A DNA stretch of 21,233 nucleotides from an uncultured archaeon (GTDB lineage Archaea > Asgardarchaeota > Lokiarchaeia > Sigyniarchaeales > SOKP01), in contig CAZGJX010000080.1 of assembly GCA_964525635.1 (NCBI GenBank), positions 1 to 21,233 of the forward strand, written 5' to 3'. A model generated the notes under the pieces. The model was not told the origin of the DNA, made no database searches, and saw nothing but the letters and a program-made list of their open reading frames with translations. The position numbers were made by a program, and so were the translations under genes. Shown here piece by piece: positions 8,846 through 14,814 of the stretch. The stretch's first letter is position 1; each line of letters starts with the position of its first letter.

Positions 8846-9289
8846 ATGTCAAAAAAAGATTTTGATACTTTTTTGGAAAAACTTCAAAAAGAGATTATAG
8901 ATAAAGAAATTGAAGAATATAATGAATATATTGTTGAATTATTTCATAATCCAAAGAATTGGGGAAAACCAGATGAGCAGAATATAACCGTATGGCATGC
9001 ATATGAGGGGTCTTGTGGTGATACCATGCAATTTTTTCTTAAAATAAAGGACAATATTATTGAAAAAATAAATTTCATTACAGATGGATGTGGTGCTTCA
9101 GTTGCCACAGGAAGCCAAACAACTTTACTTGTTCAAGGTAAATCTTTAGATATTGCTGAAAAAATAGAACCGATAGATATTGATAATGCTTTAAAAGGAT
9201 TACCAGATGATCATAAACATTGTGCTGTATTAGCGGCAGAAACGTTAAAAGGAGCAATAAGTAAATATAAAATTTCTGATAATCTATGA
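8846..9289 (+). CDS. iscU: IscU/NifU-N family Fe-S scaffold protein
   Basis: HNPKNWG, SCGDTM, DGCGAS, HKHCA: the three conserved Cys of IscU. Confidence 0.9.
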   Translation: MSKKDFDTFLEKLQKEIIDKEIEEYNEYIVELFHNPKNWGKPDEQNITVWHAYEGSCGDTMQFFLKIKDNIIEKINFITDGCGASVATGSQTTLLVQGKSLDIAEKIEPIDIDNALKGLPDDHKHCAVLAAETLKGAISKYKISDNL

Positions 9290-9365
9290 AAAGTAGATAT
9301 TTTAAACTAAAAATATCAGAAAAAGAGACACAATTATTTTTATAAATTTAATTAAATGATTTAAG

Positions 9366-10307
9366 ATGAAATATGTCTATGGACCCGTTCCCAGCAGAAG
9401 ATTAGGGAGTTCTTTAGGAATTGATCCTATTCCTTTTAAAACGTGCAATTATCAATGTATTTATTGCCAATTGGGAAGGACCAATAATTTTACAAATAAA
9501 AGAAAGAATTATTTCCAAAAAAACGACATAATTAATGAGATAAAAATTGCTTTAAAGTTAAATAATAATAATTTTAAATATATAACCTTTGTAGGGAGTG
9601 GAGAACCTACTCTATACAAAGATTTAGAAGATTTAATATTGGAAGTAAAAAAGAATTCAAAAAAACCAATCTCTGTTATTACAAATGGGGCTTTATTGTA
9701 TAATGAAGAAGTGAGAAATGCTCTTATTAATGCTGATGTTGTTTTACCAAGTTTTGATGCTGGAAATGAGAAATTATTTATTCAAATTAATCGTCCTCAT
9801 CCTTCTATTAAATATAGTGATGTTATTAAAGGTTTTATTGATTTTAGAAAAGAATTTAAGGGAAAACTATGGATTGAAATAATGATAATGAAAGGAATTA
9901 ATGATTCTAAAGAAGTTTTATTGGAAATAAAGAAGAAATTAAATAAAATAAAACCTGACAGAATTGATATTAATATTCCAATAAGAAGTCCTACAGAAGA
10001 TTGGGTTAATATTCCAGATAACCAGGTTTATAATCTTTTAAATAATATTTTTGGAAATTTCAAAAATCTTAATTTTCCTGAGGAAGGAGAATTTCAGATA
10101 TATTCTTCAAATTTTGAAGGAGAAGTTTTATCTATAATTCAACGTCATCCTATGAGGCAAGAACAAATCTTTAATACTTTTTCTTCACAATTTTTAAATG
10201 AAAAAGATATTTTAACACGTTTAGAGAAACTTGAGTCAAAAAAAAAAATCCAAAAAAAAATATATAATAAAAAGATTTATTGGAAATTTAGAGAGGATTC
10301 AAACTAG
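9366..10307 (+). CDS. Radical SAM protein (COG0731-like family)
   Basis: YVYGPVPSRRLGSSLGID, CNYQCIYC (CxxxCxxC), GSGEPTL, ITNG. Confidence 0.9.
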   Translation: MKYVYGPVPSRRLGSSLGIDPIPFKTCNYQCIYCQLGRTNNFTNKRKNYFQKNDIINEIKIALKLNNNNFKYITFVGSGEPTLYKDLEDLILEVKKNSKKPISVITNGALLYNEEVRNALINADVVLPSFDAGNEKLFIQINRPHPSIKYSDVIKGFIDFRKEFKGKLWIEIMIMKGINDSKEVLLEIKKKLNKIKPDRIDINIPIRSPTEDWVNIPDNQVYNLLNNIFGNFKNLNFPEEGEFQIYSSNFEGEVLSIIQRHPMRQEQIFNTFSSQFLNEKDILTRLEKLESKKKIQKKIYNKKIYWKFREDSN

Positions 10308-10348
10308 CTAAAAATAAATTATTTTATTATTTAAAACTCACTTTAGAA

Positions 10349-10816
10349 TTAATACCCCGTACGTCTACCTTGACCACCGCCTGCTCCAAGCCCCCCACCT
10401 GCTCCACGGCCTCCCCCCATTCCTCTTCCTCCGCCCATTCCATAATGTGCATTAACATTAGAATTTGTTATTTTTGTTAATTTATTTTGAAGAAATAAAT
10501 CAATAGATGTCTTAACCGTTAATTCCTGATTTGGTGCTTGGAAAATATCCAAATTTAAAGAACTTAATGATTGAAATGCATTTGGTCCTAAAAAGTTAAC
10601 AATTATTGCATTAGCACTATTATCTCCGATTATTTTTGCTGCTTGTATCCCAGCGCCTCCAAAAGCTTCATTTGCACTATTGGGAATTGTTTTTACTGCT
10701 TCTATTTTGTTATTTTCAATTGTTACAAAAGTAAAACTATCACAACGTCCAAAACGAGGATTTAAAGTTTCATTTAAACCACCATTCCCATATGTAGGAA
10801 CCGCAACTATTACCAT
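10349..10816 (-). CDS. NifB/NifX family protein with Gly/Arg-rich C-terminal tail (IssA-like architecture)
   Basis: LNPRFGRCDSF, GGAGIQAA, LGPNAF; tail HYGMGGGRGMGGGRGAGGGLGAGGGQGRRTGY. Confidence 0.88.
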   Translation of the reverse strand: MVIVAVPTYGNGGLNETLNPRFGRCDSFTFVTIENNKIEAVKTIPNSANEAFGGAGIQAAKIIGDNSANAIIVNFLGPNAFQSLSSLNLDIFQAPNQELTVKTSIDLFLQNKLTKITNSNVNAHYGMGGGRGMGGGRGAGGGLGAGGGQGRRTGY

Positions 10817-10860
10817 TTAAAATTCAACCTTGTTTTTTTAATAGTTATATTTAAGAATTA

Positions 10861-10874
10861 TGAATAATTATTCA
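10861..10874. promoter_or_regulatory. Palindromic operator TGAATAATTATTCA (copy 3) in a divergent promoter
   Basis: Exact palindrome, extending to 16 bp (ATGAATAATTATTCAT), between 10816(-) and 10960(+). A minus-strand CTTAAATA begins 5 bp beyond it. Confidence 0.85.
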
Positions 10875-10959
10875 TTAATATATAATAAAAATTATAACTA
10901 TAAAAATCTAATCATTAAAAAAAAATAATCAAAATCATTATTGGGAGTTAATTCAAAAA

Positions 10960-11364
10960 ATGAAATATGCAATAAGTACAGATGGAGATGAGGTATGTCC
11001 ACATTTCGGTAGAGCCCCTCATTTTACTATTATAAATATAAAAGATAATAAATTAATTGATAAAAATCTACTTACTAATCCAGGTCATACTATTGGAAGC
11101 ATTCCTAAATTTATTTCTGACCAAGGTGTAAATTGTATGATTACCGGAGGAATGGGTCATAGAGCAGTTCAATTCTTTAACCAATATGCTATAGACGTTA
11201 TAGTTGGTATATCTGGTAAAATAAATTATGTCATTGAAAAAATACTAGATGGAACATTAGAAGGAGGAGAAAGCATATGCGCCCCAGGAAGGGGTAAAGG
11301 ATATGGAATAGAAAAAATCCATACTGAAGAAGATGAAAATGATAAATTAAATCATCATCACTAA
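10960..11364 (+). CDS. NifB/NifX family protein with Cys/His-containing tail
   Basis: YAISTDG..VCPHFGRAPHF, NPGH, TGGMG; C-terminal CAPGRGKGYG...HHH. Confidence 0.88.
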   Translation: MKYAISTDGDEVCPHFGRAPHFTIINIKDNKLIDKNLLTNPGHTIGSIPKFISDQGVNCMITGGMGHRAVQFFNQYAIDVIVGISGKINYVIEKILDGTLEGGESICAPGRGKGYGIEKIHTEEDENDKLNHHH

Positions 11365-11488
11365 TCTTCAATACTTAATCAATCAATTAAGATCAATTTC
11401 TATAATAATAAAGAAGATAAAAATAATATGGATTTTACAAATATTTATTCAAAATTATATTTTTTATTTAAATTTATTTTAGAGAAAA

Positions 11489-12175
11489 ATGTTAAAAAAT
11501 ATACAATCATTTAGAATTGATATTGTATTTGATAATAGGTCTATAAAAAATGAATTTTTAGAGGGTTTTGGATTTTCTGCATTAATATATAATTATTTTA
11601 CAGGTAACTTTTTATTATTTGATACAGGAGGTAATTCTGAAATTCTTATTCATAATTTCAAATCACTTAATATTGATATTAAAGAGATAAAAAAAATAAT
11701 AATTTCTCATGATCATTTTGATCATTCTGGCGGGCTTGAAGGAATTTATAATATTAATTCGGAGATAGAAATTTATATACCATTCGAAACTTACACTAAT
11801 TATAAATCAAAATTCCCAAATTCAAAAATAAATAAAATATCAAATTCTATAGTAATTGAAAAGAATGTATATTCATCCGGTCAATTAGGAACTTCATTAA
11901 AAGAACAAGCTATTTATTTAAAAACATTAAAGAATGAAATAATTATTTTAGTTGGTTGTGCTCACCCTGGATTGGAGAATATTATTGTAGATGCAAATAA
12001 ATTTGGAAATATTAAAGCTATAATTGGTGGATTTCATAATTTTCGTAAATATTCTTATTTAAAAAATATACAATTTATTGGTGCATGTCATTGTACGACA
12101 CATATAAATGATATTAAAAAAAGATTTCCCAATCAATATAAAGAAATTTTTGTTGGATCTTCGTTAATATTTTAA
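11489..12175 (+). CDS. Metallo-beta-lactamase fold hydrolase (COG1237-like)
   Basis: LLFDTG, SHDHFDHSGG (HxHxDH), GCAHPG, GGFH, CHCT. Confidence 0.9.
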   Translation: MLKNIQSFRIDIVFDNRSIKNEFLEGFGFSALIYNYFTGNFLLFDTGGNSEILIHNFKSLNIDIKEIKKIIISHDHFDHSGGLEGIYNINSEIEIYIPFETYTNYKSKFPNSKINKISNSIVIEKNVYSSGQLGTSLKEQAIYLKTLKNEIIILVGCAHPGLENIIVDANKFGNIKAIIGGFHNFRKYSYLKNIQFIGACHCTTHINDIKKRFPNQYKEIFVGSSLIF

Positions 12176-12285
12176 AATAATAAATTAATCAAGAGAATTA
12201 GATTAAACATAGATTAAAAAGGAAAAAAAAATATTGGAGAAGAAAGCTAATATTTAGATAAAATTACTATTAAAGAGATTCCAAA

Positions 12286-12495
12286 TTGAAAGCTAAAACT
12301 AAAATATGTAAATGGTATACTCTTTGTCCGATAAAATATTATGTTGAAAATGGTAAATTGGATATAAAATGGATTGAAGAATATTACTTAATAGGAAATA
12401 AAGATTGTTTTAGATATAAAATGGAAGAAGATAGAATTCATCATCCAAATAATATGCTACCTAATGGCGAAATAAATCAAGATCTTCATTTTTAA
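12286..12495 (+). CDS. Small Cys-containing hypothetical protein
   Basis: 69 aa, TTG start; CKWY..CP, C.RY.MEE, HP.NMLP.G. Fills the gap between neighbouring genes; function unknown. Confidence 0.65.
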   Translation: MKAKTKICKWYTLCPIKYYVENGKLDIKWIEEYYLIGNKDCFRYKMEEDRIHHPNNMLPNGEINQDLHF

Positions 12496-12522
12496 TTAAA
12501 TTCATTGATATGATTTTTTTTA

Positions 12523-12921
12523 TCAGTTGTTATGAGTAAAGTTATCTAAAGCTTCAGTGACTTCTGATGTGATATGATGTTCAATTCCACAGCATAATTT
12601 ATTTAGTAAATATTTATCATTAATTTTTAATGTATTAATAAAAAAAGATTTCAAAATATTATATCGTGTTAAAATCTTTTTTGCAATCATTTTACCTTCA
12701 GAAGATAATCTTAATGAACGTCTTGGTTTCCAAAATATCAAATTATTTTTCTTAAGTTTATATAACATTCCTGTCACTGAAGGAGGTCTAATTTTTAAGT
12801 AATCTGCAATTTCTGAATTCGAAACCCATCCACCTCTTTTTCTTTTTGAAATTATATAAATTGCCTTTAGATAGTCTTCTCTACTTTCATAAATATCGTT
12901 AGAAATTTCTTCCACCTTCAA
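12523..12921 (-). CDS. DtxR/MntR family metal-dependent transcriptional regulator (no SH3/FeoA domain)
   Basis: EDYLKAIY, HTH SEIADYLKIRPPSVTGMLYKL, LSSEG, CCGIEHH. TTG start 6 bp after the DUF5320 stop. Confidence 0.9.
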   Translation of the reverse strand: MKVEEISNDIYESREDYLKAIYIISKRKRGGWVSNSEIADYLKIRPPSVTGMLYKLKKNNLIFWKPRRSLRLSSEGKMIAKKILTRYNILKSFFINTLKINDKYLLNKLCCGIEHHITSEVTEALDNFTHNN

Positions 12922-12927
12922 AATGAA

Positions 12928-13290
12928 TTATTCTGGTTTTTTTACATTAGTAATTTTTTTCGTAATATCATTAATAGCTTTATTAATTTCGTTCATTTCA
13001 CTCTCTAAATATTCCTTTTCTTGTTTAAGAATATCTATTTGGTTCTCAGGAGTGACATTTGGTACACTTATAGGTACAAAAGGATTATATGATGGCGGCC
13101 AGTATCCTCCGAATCCTCTAAAACCTCTACTAAATCGAATACCTCTGCCTCTACCTCTGCCCCCCCCAAAATATCCCCCCATTCCAGGACCTCTTGTATA
13201 TCCTGGTGAATCAAAGCCTGAACAATAACCTAAACCTCGACCCGTCCTTGGACCTAGTCCATTAGGGCCCGTACGATCTCCACCTGGCAA
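12928..13290 (-). CDS. DUF5320 family protein (Gly/Arg-rich N-terminus, C-terminal coiled coil)
   Basis: MPGGDRTGPNGLGPRTGRGLGYC signature, RG-rich middle, LKQEKEYLESEM..I coiled coil. GAGGTG RBS before the TTG start. Confidence 0.88.
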   Translation of the reverse strand: MPGGDRTGPNGLGPRTGRGLGYCSGFDSPGYTRGPGMGGYFGGGRGRGRGIRFSRGFRGFGGYWPPSYNPFVPISVPNVTPENQIDILKQEKEYLESEMNEINKAINDITKKITNVKKPE

Positions 13291-13370
13291 ATTTTTTACA
13301 CCTCTTATTTTTATTTTAATTATTAATTTTTTCTTATGTATAAAATAGTAAAATTCATATTTAAGTTTTA

Positions 13371-13384
13371 TGAATAATTATTCA
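13371..13384. promoter_or_regulatory. Palindromic operator TGAATAATTATTCA (copy 4)
   Basis: Exact palindrome upstream of the DUF5320-dtxR unit. A minus-strand CTTAAATA begins 5 bp beyond it. Confidence 0.85.
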
Positions 13385-13549
13385 GAATAAATATTTTCAT
13401 TTAAAAATCGTAAAAATGTAAACGATAGAAATGATAATTATAATGACATTTCCTTACTCTTAATAATCCAATAAATATATATTGTATTTCTTTCAAATAA
13501 TATAAAATTTAAATATGATTGATATAATCAAATCACTATAAATGTATTA

Positions 13550-13563
13550 TGAATATATATTCA
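13550..13563. promoter_or_regulatory. Variant operator TGAATATATATTCA
   Basis: Perfect palindrome with the same TGAATA/TATTCA arms and a different 2-bp centre; extends to ATG...CAT. Confidence 0.6.
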
Positions 13564-13727
13564 TTAACACTCTTCAATGAAATTCATTTTAATTATAAAT
13601 TGAAATCTCAAATTTTATATTGTTTTGCTTTTATTATTTATCTAAATTTATTTTTTTTTAAAAAGCATCATAATATAAACTAAAATCATAATTTTTAGAG
13701 AATAAATTAAAAAGAAAAATAATTAAA

Positions 13728-13765
13728 TTAGGAAACCCTAATATTTTAATATTAGTTATGACTAA
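13728..13765. promoter_or_regulatory. Tandem DtxR/MntR-type boxes TTAGGAAACCCTAA (13728-13741) and TTAGTTATGACTAA (13752-13765)
   Basis: Two TTAG-N6-CTAA inverted repeats, starting 24 bp apart, just upstream of feoA1 and near a dtxR gene. Confidence 0.7.
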
Positions 13766-13803
13766 ATTACTTAGAAAAATATCTTTTTTTATTTAAAACT
13801 AAA

Positions 13804-14100
13804 ATGGGATCTAGTTATAAAGATACAAGGAAAACCTCTATGAAAAATACACCATTAATTAAGTGTCTTAATGAATGTAATATAGGAGAGGAGCTTGAAG
13901 TCCAAAAAGTTGATGCAGGAATTATGGCAACACAAAGATTAGCTAACTTAGGAATTGTTCCTGGTGTTAAAATAATTATAAGTAAAGCAGCTCCATTAAA
14001 TGGTCCTATCGAAATAACAGTTAAGGGAACTAAAATAGTACTCGGTAGAGGATTAGTTTCTAAAATTATAGTGAAATGTAATAATAGTTGTAATGGTTAA
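13804..14100 (+). CDS. feoA: Ferrous iron transport protein A (copy 1)
   Basis: RLANLGIVPG, APLNGPIEI.VKG..IVLGRG. An alternative start exists at 13840. Confidence 0.92.
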   Translation: MGSSYKDTRKTSMKNTPLIKCLNECNIGEELEVQKVDAGIMATQRLANLGIVPGVKIIISKAAPLNGPIEITVKGTKIVLGRGLVSKIIVKCNNSCNG

Positions 14101-14338
14101 AATTTAAATACTTTTTTAGATCCTATTTATTAAAGAAAAAGTCATATTTCTATTTATAAAACTAAAAAGATAAACTAAATAATAAATTATCTATATTACA
14201 TAACTTTATTGAATTATTCAATAAATTTATTATATTTGATTTAAACTTTTTATTTTTGATTAAATATTTATTATTAAATATAGAAAATTCATATATTTTG
14301 ATTTATAATCTCAAAATTAGAATATTTCTTTATATTAA

Positions 14339-14352
14339 TTAGTTGTACCTAA
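14339..14352. promoter_or_regulatory. DtxR/MntR-type box TTAGTTGTACCTAA
   Basis: Third TTAG-N6-CTAA, directly before a CTTAAATA TATA-like element upstream of feoA2. Confidence 0.65.
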
Positions 14353-14412
14353 AAGCTTAAATATGATTATTCATAATATGAATATAGGAAAAATCATTTT
14401 TTTTTTATAATT

Positions 14413-14718
14413 ATGAATAATACAATAACAAAAAAATTAAAACATGTAGAAAGACAAGGAATTCCACTAATAAGATGCTTAACTCAATGTGAAAAAAATG
14501 AAGTTTTATTAGTTGATTCAGTAAATTCTGGAGGAAATGCTAAAAATCGTTTAGCAAATTTAGGAATTATTCCTGGATCTAAGATAATAAAAAAGAAAAT
14601 CGCTCCATTAAAAGGTCCACTAGAAATTGAAATAAAAGGATCTAAATTAATTATTGGAAGAGGATTAGCTTCAAAAATATTAGTTAAGTGTCCAAAAAAA
14701 TGTCAATCTGAAATATAA
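14413..14718 (+). CDS. feoA: Ferrous iron transport protein A (copy 2)
   Basis: RLANLGIIPG, APLKGPLEIEIKG..LIIGRG. Confidence 0.92.
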   Translation: MNNTITKKLKHVERQGIPLIRCLTQCEKNEVLLVDSVNSGGNAKNRLANLGIIPGSKIIKKKIAPLKGPLEIEIKGSKLIIGRGLASKILVKCPKKCQSEI

Positions 14719-14814
14719 AGAATTTAAAATATAATATCTCTATTTAAAAAAACCTAAAATACCAAATCTTTGAATTAAAATCTATTTTATTGGAGTGTAA
14801 AAACAAGATCAAAA

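Noticed and set aside
4472-11364. Nitrogen fixation inferred from NifB/NifX-like and P-loop ATPase genes
   Set aside because: No nifH, nifD, nifK, nifE or nifN motifs; these families are widespread in non-diazotrophs.
5435-12525. Selenocysteine readthrough at TGA stops (ATPases, iscU, dtxR)
   Set aside because: The TGAs fall at normal C-termini rather than at conserved Cys positions; no convincing SECIS seen.
12923-13228. 101-aa Pro-rich plus-strand ORF
   Set aside because: Antisense shadow of Gly-rich DUF5320.
4433-13384. Repeated palindromes as CRISPR repeats or mobile-element ends
   Set aside because: Only 14 bp, kilobases apart, promoter-located; no spacers, cas genes, transposase or target duplications.
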